Below, piece after piece: positions 37,701 through 45,466 of a stretch of 45,466 bases of DNA. Below the pieces are notes generated by a model. It saw only the letters and a list, made by a program, of their open reading frames with translations. It made no database searches and was not told the origin of the DNA. A program made the translations under genes and the position numbers. Location: the NCBI GenBank assembly GCA_002495645.1, contig DAGF01000095.1, positions 1 through 45,466 on the forward strand, written 5' to 3'. Position 1 is the first letter of the stretch. Each line of letters starts with the position of its first letter. Origin of the DNA: Euryarchaeota archaeon UBA549. Its GTDB lineage: Archaea; Thermoplasmatota; Poseidoniia; Poseidoniales; Poseidoniaceae.

Positions 37701-40700
37701 GCGTGTTGCCGATGGAGGTGACATGGGCGTTGGCGCCAGCGTTCACCTGCGTGGTTGCAGCGGACCAGGTCATGTTCTCGACACTACCGGTAGCATCAAC
37801 GACGGACAAAGCCGTGGTTGCGTCTGCAACACCGCCGTCCCATCGGAACGGTGTGTCTTCGACATACATACCGACAAGGCCAGAGGCGTCCATTGGGTAG
37901 ACCCAAACATCTGGGCTGCTGACCACGTGGAGACCGGTACCGGTGGTACCGCCGTCAACGTGAGCGTCAATCGCCACAACGTAGGTGTCTTCCACAGACA
38001 CACCGTAGTCGCTACCAGCGAGCGAAGCACCGCCGATCATGAACAGGTCGCCGTTTTCCTTGCTAACACCGGTGGCGTAGCCACTGATGTCCGTACCGTT
38101 GAGGGTCAGGACCGTGTTGGTGTCGTCGCCGAGGATACCGACCGTGGACGAGAGGCCATCACCGGTAATGGTGGAGCCGACGTCGCTGAAGTCGCAGTCT
38201 TCGATGACAATGGCGTTGTCGCCAAGGTCGATGACGTTCGATCCGGACTGGATGGTCACAGCATCACACGAGGTTGCGGTAATACCCACAGCGTTCGGGG
38301 AGGTTCGGCCGGCGGACAATCCAATCGTGTTTCCACTGATGTCCGGTCCGACGTAGGAGCCGCTGCCGCCAGAGGACTCAACGACGCTGATGGTTGCACC
38401 ACCGTCGCCCCACGAGTCGGAGACGACGAGGGTGTAGGAACCAGCATCCGTGTAGGTTCGGAGTGGGTTGTAGTTGGCGTTGCTGTTGAACGAGTACGTT
38501 GGCCACGAGTCCTTGGTACCGTCTGGCTTGGTGATTTCAATGCTGATCTCATAGCCCCAGCTGTCGGTACCGAGGTTCACCACGGCAGACTTGCCGGTGC
38601 CGAGCGTCCAGGTACAACTGGTTGAGCGACGGTAGTCGTTGCTGCCAATTGAACAGAGTGAACTGGTCGGTGATGGTGGAGCCTCCATGCTGTCGAGGTA
38701 CATTCCACCGTCAGCGTCCGTCAAGGTGTTGTCGGTGATGTTTCCACTGCCTCGGAAGACGTAGATACCCGTTGAGGTGTCATCACTGATACCACCGATG
38801 TCGTTGCTGTCAATGGTGAAGTCGGCCACACGGTTGAGGTAGAAGGCATCATCGCCGCCAACGACCGTGTTGTCCTGAATCAGGACATCCTCGGTCTTAC
38901 CGTTGTAGATAGCCACTGCGTGACCACCGGACGGGTTGAAATCGTTGTCGGTGATGGTAGCACCTTGCACTTCGTTTGTGGTGTAGAGCCAAACATCTGC
39001 AATCTCGCCACCGTCTTCGAAGACGTTGTTGGTGACCGTCATGTTGTCGGCACCAATCTCGTTGGTGTTGTGGCTGTAGTAGTACGGGGACCGTTCTGCC
39101 ATGACACCCACACCGCAGTCAACGAAGTTGTTGCTGTCGATGATGTTTCCATCGCCACCAGACAAAATGACACAGATGTCATTCAGGTTGATGGCGTTGT
39201 TCAGCTGGGTGTAGCCCTTGTAGTGAACGAAGGTGTTGTTGGTCAACTTGAAGAAGTCCAGTTCGTAGTTGTTGTAGTATCCGTAGCCCATTGCACCGAT
39301 GACCGAAGCGACACCAGAAATGGTGGTGTTGTTCACATCCATGTTCAACGAGTAGTAGCGGTAGCCCATGGTGAACCCTTGTGGGACACCCGTGTCGGAG
39401 ACCGCGACTGCGGTCACGCTGGCATCGTGCATGTAGAGGGTGGTTTCGCCACTGTAGTACGGGTACATTCGGTTGTTGTTCTCGAAGTTGTACGAAGCGG
39501 TTGAAATCCAGGTGCTTCCGTTCCAGTTGTGCTTGCCTTGACGGAGGTACATGAATGGAGCATCCATCATGACGGTCTCGCCAGCAAGGTCGTTGCCGCC
39601 GTGGCTTCGGAGGTAACCGTACTCAACCAATCCATTGCTGAAGGTACGACTACCGGATGAGCTGAGGCCGCTTGCGCAGCGGTCCTGCTTGATGTAGGAT
39701 GTCGAAGTGTAGCAGATACGGGCGGTGTACTCATCCTCGAGGTACACGGTATCGCTGTTGCCAGCGGTGTCCGTGAGGCTCATGGTGTGGAACGCATAGC
39801 GGAAGTCGGCAGCATTGTTGCTGCTGCCCGACCAGAAGTAGTCGATGGTAGCAGATGCAACGGCTTCGTATCCGTTGAGGTTCTTGGTACAAACGCTCGC
39901 ACAGGAGCCGCTGTCAACGGTTTGGGTCACGAAGGTGATGTCGTTCGCAACGCCGTTGGCATCGGTTTCCGCCATGCCGGTCACAGTACCTTCGGCGTCC
40001 TTCAGAATCACCGTGGTTCCGTCAACATCCTCGGCAGTGCCGGAGACGTTGGCCTGCAGCGTGATGTCCACTTGTCGCAAGCGGCTGAAGTCACCCGTTC
40101 CGGTCACTTCAACTGTTGCGGTGTCAATGGAACCTTCAATGAATTCCATCGTCGAGGAACCCGAAATAACCACGTCCTTCGTGTTGGACATGACAACATC
40201 GGTGAGGATGAACTCACCCGATCCGTCGGTGTCGATACCGATGGCGTTGTTCTCAATGGTCATGCTCGAGAATTCAACAGTAGCTGCTGTTCGAGATGCG
40301 TACTTGAAGGCCGCACCAGCGGAACCGGTAATGGTACCCGACAAATCGCCACCAACGTCGGTCTGGTAGTACATACCTGCGACGAGTTGGTTCTCCAAGT
40401 CCATGTTCATGAGGTCGATTTGACCTGAGCCCGTGTTGGAGAACAAGACACCGTAGTTTCCGTCGGTGACACTCACTCCGTCAGCGGTAGCAGAGGTTTG
40501 TCCGATGATTTCCATACCAGACTGCGTTGGTCCAATGACATCGATGTCTTCAAAGTGGCCAGCGGCGAATGCGCCACCGATTTCAATACCGGTGGTAGCA
40601 TCGTTGATGGTTCCATCCTTGAAGAGAGGTGTACCGGATTCACGGACGTAGTCCCCAAGGTCGCTTGGGTCGTTTCCTGAACGGGCCACGAAGTCATAGC

Positions 40701-43700
40701 GGTCTTGGTAATTGTCAGCACCACGGTGGAGGACGTCCATCCACAAGTAAACCTTGGAAATGTTGCCTCCGTTGGCGGTTGCGCTGGAGATGTCGACGAC
40801 CGGGAAGGTCATTCGAGCACCCTGTCCAGAGTTCATGTAGTAGGTGTAGGCGTAGTCTTGACAGATTCCGTAGTTGTTGGGGTAGCCACCAGCAGCATAG
40901 CTTGGTGGGTTTCCAACGGTACCAGGTTGACCAGGTCCGTTCGCGGGTTGTCCGTTGCTACCTTCAGGCGGAGCGTAAACACCGTTGAAGTAGAAGCTTG
41001 GAGAGTAAGCACCCCAGTACTTGTATGGGTATCGGGACTGGAAGTTTCCTGTTGGAGAGAAATCCGTCACTTCCCAATCAAATCCGAACTCGTCAGGAGC
41101 CTCGTAGTAGTCAGGATAACCGACAGAGAACTGCCCGAGCCAATAGCGGTAGAAGTAGAAGAAGTAGCCGTCAAAGCTGCCGTAGTTGTTTCCGGGGGAT
41201 TCAGCACCATAGTAGTTGCAGTGCCACGATGGGGCACCGCCGCTACCGCCGTTGTAGGTGTGTGTTCCTGCCGTCACAGCCGGGTCGTCCGAACCGTACG
41301 GATAGTATCCTTCTTGGCCGCTGTCAGTGATGTTCCATGCGTTTCCAGCATCGTCCTCAAACATGACGTTGTATCGGTCGGTGAGGAAGTAGTACTTGCT
41401 CGTAGCGTAGTTGTAGCCTGGGTGAGCGTTTCCACCAGCATAGATCGAGTTGGCTCCAACCTGCAAGTAATCGCCCGTGCCCAGGTAGGTGGACAGGTCA
41501 ATCTTGTAGGTGGTCCAACCGGTGGTTTGACCTGATAGCGAGGTACTTCGGTAGATGGTTGGCAGCGACATACCACCATAGGCGTTGATACCCACGGTGT
41601 TGCCTGTCGACGTGAAGCCGTCGACTTGCGGAGCTCCGTTGTAGCTCTGGATACCGATAGCAGCGTTCTTGACGATGATGTCAGTGAGCGTTGCGCCGGA
41701 GTTTTCAATCCAAATTGCCGTACCGGTCTGACCGGTGTTGATGATGCTGGACGAATCGATGTTGGCAGAGCCACCTTGGATCTTCACCGTCGCCATTTCG
41801 TCGGCATTGGCCGAGGAACCAAAGATGGTTGCGGAATCCATCATGTTCAACGTTGCACCGTTGCCGATGTAGAGCGCTGAATCCGTGGTGGTGTCCCAAG
41901 CAATGTCTCGCATGTTGGCGTTGTCAAGGGTCAGGGTACCGCCGTTCTGGATGTCCATGTGGAGGCCATAGGTCGAGGAGACCGCACGGATGACCGCTGG
42001 GCTGCCGGACGTACCATCGTTGTTGGCGGTGAGGAAACCGCTGTCCTTGATGGTGATCACGGGCGTGGTGGTGGCCGTGCTGAGCACACGGAGTGAACCA
42101 CCCATGATCTGGAAACCACAGGTATCGAGCATTATGTCGTCCTTGACGGTGATTGAGGTGTCGTCAAACGTGAACGTGTTCGTGTTAGAATCGTAGTTTC
42201 CAGTCAAATCGTAGCCGCCACTGGCCAAGGCTTGTCCGGTGTAGAAGGCGTCGTTGATCAACTTGTAGCAATCCAAGGATGGGTCGTCAAACACAATCGG
42301 TGCTGGTTCAAGAAGCAGGTCAAGGTGGGTGCCCACCGTGACGCCACCGCTTGGGTACCATGAACTAGCCAACGAAGCGTCCGGGTAGTTGTCGGGGTAG
42401 GTCTCGTTTTGACCGGCCGTACCGAATGCACGGACAACGTGGTCCTCGTAGGCCGTACCATCGCTGTCTTCAACGATGACCCAAATGCTGGTGTTTCCGT
42501 CGCTGTCGGTGGTGTGACTACCGACCTGGAACAACTCGGTCAAGGTGCTGTCGAGGACCGTTGCCGTGACGGTGTGGCCAGACTTGTACACACGTGCGCC
42601 GGAGGCCTCACGGTAAACAGAGACGTTGCCGAGTCCACCGAAGTAAATCATCGATGGGTTGGAACTCGAGGAGGACACATCGTAAGCACAGTTTCCTGTG
42701 TCTCCAGAGGAGTCCGAACAGTCGTTGCTGTTCAAGTCAACATCGATCAAAACAACATTGGTTCCGGAACGGGCCTTGGCCACTTCAACGGAGCCGCTGC
42801 TGACGCTTGAACTCGTAATGGATGATTCACCCAGCGTGATGTGGGAGTTTCGTCCGTCGATAACGTGATTGGAACTTGAACCGTGAGCAATGGTTGCATC
42901 GTTAATCGAGACCTTGTTCTTGGCCGATGAACTGGAACAGCTGCTCTTGAACGACTCGAGAGTAGGCGTATCCAAGATCATGTTCCATCCGCAACCGGAC
43001 ACCGTAATGGCTTCAACGTCCCAGTTGTCCATTTCAACCGTTTCGGAGACGATTGACGAACCGCTCATCGACACATCCTCTGCGGTGATGTCGGCGAAGG
43101 TACCGGGGTGCATGCGCTGCATGGTGATGTCGCCAGCAGTGACCGTGTCAAACACAGCGTCTGAACTGGACGGACCGTTTCCGGTTTGCGACCAGCCACC
43201 TGGGATGAGCCAGAGGTTGGCGCTGCCGAAGTCAACATCCGTCATTTGGATGCTGCCCATGGCGTTGATGCCGGAGTTGGCGTAGCTGTCAACGTCAACG
43301 TTGTTCAGGACAACATTGGAGTTGGAACCAAACATCGAGTCAATGGCCACACCGGTCTGAGCCGATGGGTTGGTGACGGTGACGTTCGAGACCGTGACAT
43401 GCTGCAAATCAACATCAATGAAGTTCACGTAGGAATTCTCAACGGTCAAGTTCTCAGCGTGCAGAGCACCAGCGGTGGAACCTGGGTAGTTGACGATGGT
43501 ACCGCCCCACGACTTACCGTCAGTGTTACAGTTCTTGATCGTCCCTTCCTTCAGGGTGGCCACGGTGTTCTCTGGGAAGTTGAAACATGCCTCGTCAACA
43601 CCGTCGACGGAGAAGTCTTCCATGGTGACAACCGTTCCTTGGCCGCTACCGTGCGTGAACACAGCGCCGACGTTGGTGAAGGTGACATCACTCATGGTGT

Positions 43701-45466
43701 AGTTACCCGTGTTACAGTCAGCGGTTGCGCTTCCACACGATGGTCCCGTGTTGTCGTGTCGGCTGCCTGAGCGGAACACAGCGTCGGACGTGTTGTAGAA
43801 GTTCACATGGCTGAATTGGTGTCGGTCATCGGTGCCTCCTGTGGACGTACAGTCGTCGGTGAAGGCCATACCAACCCATTCACCACCGTTCATGCCGGTG
43901 ATGTTGATGGGGTGGGTCTCGTTGCCCTCAGCCGTCATCTTGGTACATGCGCCGTCGAAGGAAATTCCCTTACCGGCTGCAATCTGGATTTGAACACCAG
44001 GCTTGATGGTCAAGTCAGAGGAGACAACGAGGTAGTCGTTGGTTGGGTTGATGCGGATTGGGCTGTCGGTCAAGTCCCACACTGGGTCGGACGTGATGTC
44101 AGCCGTGACATCGGTACCCTTGCCTTCGTAGGGCATCACGCGGTAGTAGACGGAACAGTCCTGGCTTGTGGTGGTGTAGCAGTAGTATTGGTTGTAACCG
44201 GTCCAGAACGGAGCGATGGTACCTGGGCGGGCCAGCGAGCTTCCCGAGTATGGGAGAGCAGGCTGGTGGTAGGTCCAGAGGTTGCGCTCAACGTTCGTGT
44301 TGCCGTTGCTGATGAAGTACATCGAACCTTGTCGGCTGAGTTGGACTCGGTCGTTGGAGTCGTCACCGTCGTAGGTCGTACCGAAGTAATCGAACTCAAA
44401 GCCTGCTGGGATGTCAATGTTCGCGTTGCAGCGAGCCTTGTAGGTGTTCCAGTAGTAGGACGAGATACAGTAGTAGAGGTAAGGTCGGCCGTTGGATGTG
44501 CCCGTCATCGCTGTGTCAGCGTTGGTGACTTCCACCAATCCCTTGTCGAATGATTCCCATGCGTGGGAGGTCGAACTGGTCGAGATACGGAAGTTGGATG
44601 TCGTTGGGATGTGCCCTGGGTTGGTGTTGAAACTCGTCGAGGCAGAGTGCGCAATGCTGGCACCCTTCTGTCGAGATTGGTCCATGTAGCCAATTGACCA
44701 GGAGTTGTAGGTCGTACGGCAGTTGCTGTCGTACTTGTACTCAATCTCGTTGGTCACGTCGTAGAACAAAGCCTGAACGGTACACATTTGTCCATAGGTG
44801 TAGTAAGCCATGTCGCGCCATTCAACAACGAACACCTTGTTCGGATCGCCTCGCTCAAAGGAGTAGGTCGACGAGGTGTTGGTGTTGATGCCCGAGGACA
44901 CCGTGGAAACGTCTTGAGCCTTGAAGTAGTACTCAACCGTGTCGTTGACTTCCAAGTCTTCAATGTCAGCGCTCCACGTACAGGCGGAGAGGGAACAATC
45001 CGCCCGGTTTGGCTTGTCTGCATCCATAGCGGTCGAAACCCAACTACCTGCGGAGCCACCATCAGGGGTGATTCGGTGGTAGAGGGTTGGACCGGTGCCT
45101 GCAGCCGTGCTGGTGTTCAATCCTGCTGCTGGGTCGCCAGCATCGAGGATGGTAACCGACACGGTTCGTGTCTTGGCGTGGGAATCCTGCATTGGACTGT
45201 GGATGAGTTCTGGCTTGAACGTATCAGGCGTTGGTGCAACGTTTCCGACCTTGTAGGTGACATCGCCGGTGCTGGCTTGGCGGCCGTAGAAGCCAGAGCC
45301 AAGGGCGAAACCACTCCATCGGTAGGAAGAGGTTGAACCGTAGATCATGTAGTATGCCGAAGTACATCGGTCGGTGCTGATGGACCGGTAGAAGTAGTAC
45401 CAGCCGTTTGTGGTCACACACAAGCGGTTAGCGGTGGTGGAGGTTTGTGTAGCGTTCCATGAGAAC
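34174..45466 (-). CDS. Giant multidomain cell-surface protein/adhesin (>3760 aa, 5' end outside window) with C-terminal sortase-like signal fused to an archaeal type IV pilin
   Basis: Frame is open to the window edge (FSWNATQTSTTANRLCVTT...). Contains NIDO-like, right-handed beta-helix, Ig-like, DOMON-like and cadherin-like (NNINDAP, APVNDAP) segments; strongly biased codons; D/T/S/G/N/Y-rich. Confidence 0.9.
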   Translation of the reverse strand, partial: FSWNATQTSTTANRLCVTTNGWYYFYRSISTDRCTSAYYMIYGSTSSYRWSGFALGSGFYGRQASTGDVTYKVGNVAPTPDTFKPELIHSPMQDSHAKTRTVSVTILDAGDPAAGLNTSTAAGTGPTLYHRITPDGGSAGSWVSTAMDADKPNRADCSLSACTWSADIEDLEVNDTVEYYFKAQDVSTVSSGINTNTSSTYSFERGDPNKVFVVEWRDMAYYTYGQMCTVQALFYDVTNEIEYKYDSNCRTTYNSWSIGYMDQSRQKGASIAHSASTSFNTNPGHIPTTSNFRISTSSTSHAWESFDKGLVEVTNADTAMTGTSNGRPYLYYCISSYYWNTYKARCNANIDIPAGFEFDYFGTTYDGDDSNDRVQLSRQGSMYFISNGNTNVERNLWTYHQPALPYSGSSLARPGTIAPFWTGYNQYYCYTTTSQDCSVYYRVMPYEGKGTDVTADITSDPVWDLTDSPIRINPTNDYLVVSSDLTIKPGVQIQIAAGKGISFDGACTKMTAEGNETHPINITGMNGGEWVGMAFTDDCTSTGGTDDRHQFSHVNFYNTSDAVFRSGSRHDNTGPSCGSATADCNTGNYTMSDVTFTNVGAVFTHGSGQGTVVTMEDFSVDGVDEACFNFPENTVATLKEGTIKNCNTDGKSWGGTIVNYPGSTAGALHAENLTVENSYVNFIDVDLQHVTVSNVTVTNPSAQTGVAIDSMFGSNSNVVLNNVDVDSYANSGINAMGSIQMTDVDFGSANLWLIPGGWSQTGNGPSSSDAVFDTVTAGDITMQRMHPGTFADITAEDVSMSGSSIVSETVEMDNWDVEAITVSGCGWNMILDTPTLESFKSSCSSSSAKNKVSINDATIAHGSSSNHVIDGRNSHITLGESSITSSSVSSGSVEVAKARSGTNVVLIDVDLNSNDCSDSSGDTGNCAYDVSSSSSNPSMIYFGGLGNVSVYREASGARVYKSGHTVTATVLDSTLTELFQVGSHTTDSDGNTSIWVIVEDSDGTAYEDHVVRAFGTAGQNETYPDNYPDASLASSWYPSGGVTVGTHLDLLLEPAPIVFDDPSLDCYKLINDAFYTGQALASGGYDLTGNYDSNTNTFTFDDTSITVKDDIMLDTCGFQIMGGSLRVLSTATTTPVITIKDSGFLTANNDGTSGSPAVIRAVSSTYGLHMDIQNGGTLTLDNANMRDIAWDTTTDSALYIGNGATLNMMDSATIFGSSANADEMATVKIQGGSANIDSSSIINTGQTGTAIWIENSGATLTDIIVKNAAIGIQSYNGAPQVDGFTSTGNTVGINAYGGMSLPTIYRSTSLSGQTTGWTTYKIDLSTYLGTGDYLQVGANSIYAGGNAHPGYNYATSKYYFLTDRYNVMFEDDAGNAWNITDSGQEGYYPYGSDDPAVTAGTHTYNGGSGGAPSWHCNYYGAESPGNNYGSFDGYFFYFYRYWLGQFSVGYPDYYEAPDEFGFDWEVTDFSPTGNFQSRYPYKYWGAYSPSFYFNGVYAPPEGSNGQPANGPGQPGTVGNPPSYAAGGYPNNYGICQDYAYTYYMNSGQGARMTFPVVDISSATANGGNISKVYLWMDVLHRGADNYQDRYDFVARSGNDPSDLGDYVRESGTPLFKDGTINDATTGIEIGGAFAAGHFEDIDVIGPTQSGMEIIGQTSATADGVSVTDGNYGVLFSNTGSGQIDLMNMDLENQLVAGMYYQTDVGGDLSGTITGSAGAAFKYASRTAATVEFSSMTIENNAIGIDTDGSGEFILTDVVMSNTKDVVISGSSTMEFIEGSIDTATVEVTGTGDFSRLRQVDITLQANVSGTAEDVDGTTVILKDAEGTVTGMAETDANGVANDITFVTQTVDSGSCASVCTKNLNGYEAVASATIDYFWSGSSNNAADFRYAFHTMSLTDTAGNSDTVYLEDEYTARICYTSTSYIKQDRCASGLSSSGSRTFSNGLVEYGYLRSHGGNDLAGETVMMDAPFMYLRQGKHNWNGSTWISTASYNFENNNRMYPYYSGETTLYMHDASVTAVAVSDTGVPQGFTMGYRYYSLNMDVNNTTISGVASVIGAMGYGYYNNYELDFFKLTNNTFVHYKGYTQLNNAINLNDICVILSGGDGNIIDSNNFVDCGVGVMAERSPYYYSHNTNEIGADNMTVTNNVFEDGGEIADVWLYTTNEVQGATITDNDFNPSGGHAVAIYNGKTEDVLIQDNTVVGGDDAFYLNRVADFTIDSNDIGGISDDTSTGIYVFRGSGNITDNTLTDADGGMYLDSMEAPPSPTSSLCSIGSNDYRRSTSCTWTLGTGKSAVVNLGTDSWGYEISIEITKPDGTKDSWPTYSFNSNANYNPLRTYTDAGSYTLVVSDSWGDGGATISVVESSGGSGSYVGPDISGNTIGLSAGRTSPNAVGITATSCDAVTIQSGSNVIDLGDNAIVIEDCDFSDVGSTITGDGLSSTVGILGDDTNTVLTLNGTDISGYATGVSKENGDLFMIGGASLAGSDYGVSVEDTYVVAIDAHVDGGTTGTGLHVVSSPDVWVYPMDASGLVGMYVEDTPFRWDGGVADATTALSVVDATGSVENMTWSAATTQVNAGANAHVTSIGNTLDPTKIAVDSSAVIDEANLMSIESTHLGAAPSSEVGLLLMSTDDERASYVSTSFQPEAMSVDGSDEDWNGGNALNPSGYAMPGVMSGDGTDDFLTTYIEGDGIYFGMTNTDLSTSDVLIYLNTGSGGSDVGYNGLGGAHDLPFSANYVLWADSAGSYDLYSYGFLGWSPSSLSTANIDVDFSTSLAEFGVPWSRIGGMPDEIDIVAIVQAETTADISVVHPTQTLDSAATLQDLSKFMTVELTHGDLADGTLTSEVLVYQSYKGSTTASGQKNYDLMIKTPATCAYDWAVVEDISMATNVVFDDSYVAGTGDTTDVQSTIDIKRACPVIDTEGTDTADGLVDFSRDEDSGAFTFSLTNLADDVQDEESALTWTMAEGTQVAFNNVDMMDAVLNGQDVTFTPRPDQFGTQVFSFEVTDSNGLSDSHNITFTVNNINDAPEICNQDRVLIDCMPIFSEDDGNYNILPEGFGTHTKFLGDVSNATRSYIRDMANEQAPTRQVYTWSASAVDLGTSDACSAFSVDIVNNELAITENTNNELGGKCTITLGLADDGAENQNAVDFDVVFSVAPVNDAPVIKDWNRSTDTVIVADNGSIPALPWSISLMEDDENVANLTYDLSAIKADVDHEMDDLTWTVESTDQCVYTNYFTTTIVGDDLVFDLIEDATTNANDWEIDYLNNNGIHQIGPSGSEYCQIRLVLRDTPTAPTTQGEYDTYVPNYDQSVMPIADYQQGVATKEIGVRVENVREQVPDYFFDDEAGFSFNGVTNVMTGTYVPVTIAVNGGGDEGPYRYDHMLAITYHTDGHDDVELTRYYEVPAYGASVKYTEDVYITKDTTHVWVEMDVLTCLRMPADGGCDMGVTAADRFQADEPGSHYAIINNVQSDDPWSKPGQYGKNATKTSERRPLLEDSNWCNNIMTSLATADVCNHANQPASSFLATDQFLPDVVETIGASAVPSFAPSIVAVALTGLFVSALSFASRRADDEEEVETMAEDDAAVSPVIATILMVAITVVLSGVIYVWASSLAETDVKGVPRVTFDIEDIDGFDADQGHWRITVEQSQTPLATQAVEVKVFYTNATGALNTYSVNLADSAGVYGFNPANSDAFVTFVDSVTKEQISETETRSISTFNSGDTIFVRTHAPDGTPLEDATITLSYAPLNGDGALLRTWDDLSYDKKA

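Noticed and set aside
36208-38625. 805-aa plus-strand ORF and other long ORFs opposite the giant gene
   Set aside because: Antisense shadows of a strongly codon-biased gene: V/G/D/H-rich, with no motifs and no expression signals.

Overview
Gene-dense archaeal chromosome segment, most consistent with Marine Group II Euryarchaeota (Ca. Poseidoniales, Thermoplasmatota). This is inferred from archaeal markers (GatD, PolD small subunit DP1, aPelota, an archaeal pilin motif, a tRNA without encoded CCA) mixed with bacterial-type genes (Fhs, NfeD/flotillin, GH77). The left ~18 kb is mostly housekeeping: LolD/FtsX-type ABC pair, gatD, acyl-CoA carboxyltransferase, a stalked alpha/beta-hydrolase-like surface protein, an AroE-like protein, nfeD-flotillin, fhs, pelota, tRNA-Val(TAC), a CinA-C protein and DP1. 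From 18.5 to 33.3 kb lies a complete alpha-glucan utilisation locus: membrane-anchored GH57 amylopullulanase and GH13 amylase, GH77, glucan phosphorylase, and an unusual maltodextrin ABC importer (binding protein fused to MalF, extended MalG, short MalK). The right 11.3 kb is a 5'-truncated giant (>3760 aa) surface protein. It ends in a sortase-like VPSFAP-TM-RR signal that continues in frame into a complete archaeal type IV pilin. It also carries a DOMON/CBM9-like module clearly homologous to the N-terminal domain of the neighbouring amylopullulanase. The adhesin-pilin polyprotein beside a glucan locus is the best candidate for an undescribed system. All calls come from motif recognition by eye; no searches were run.
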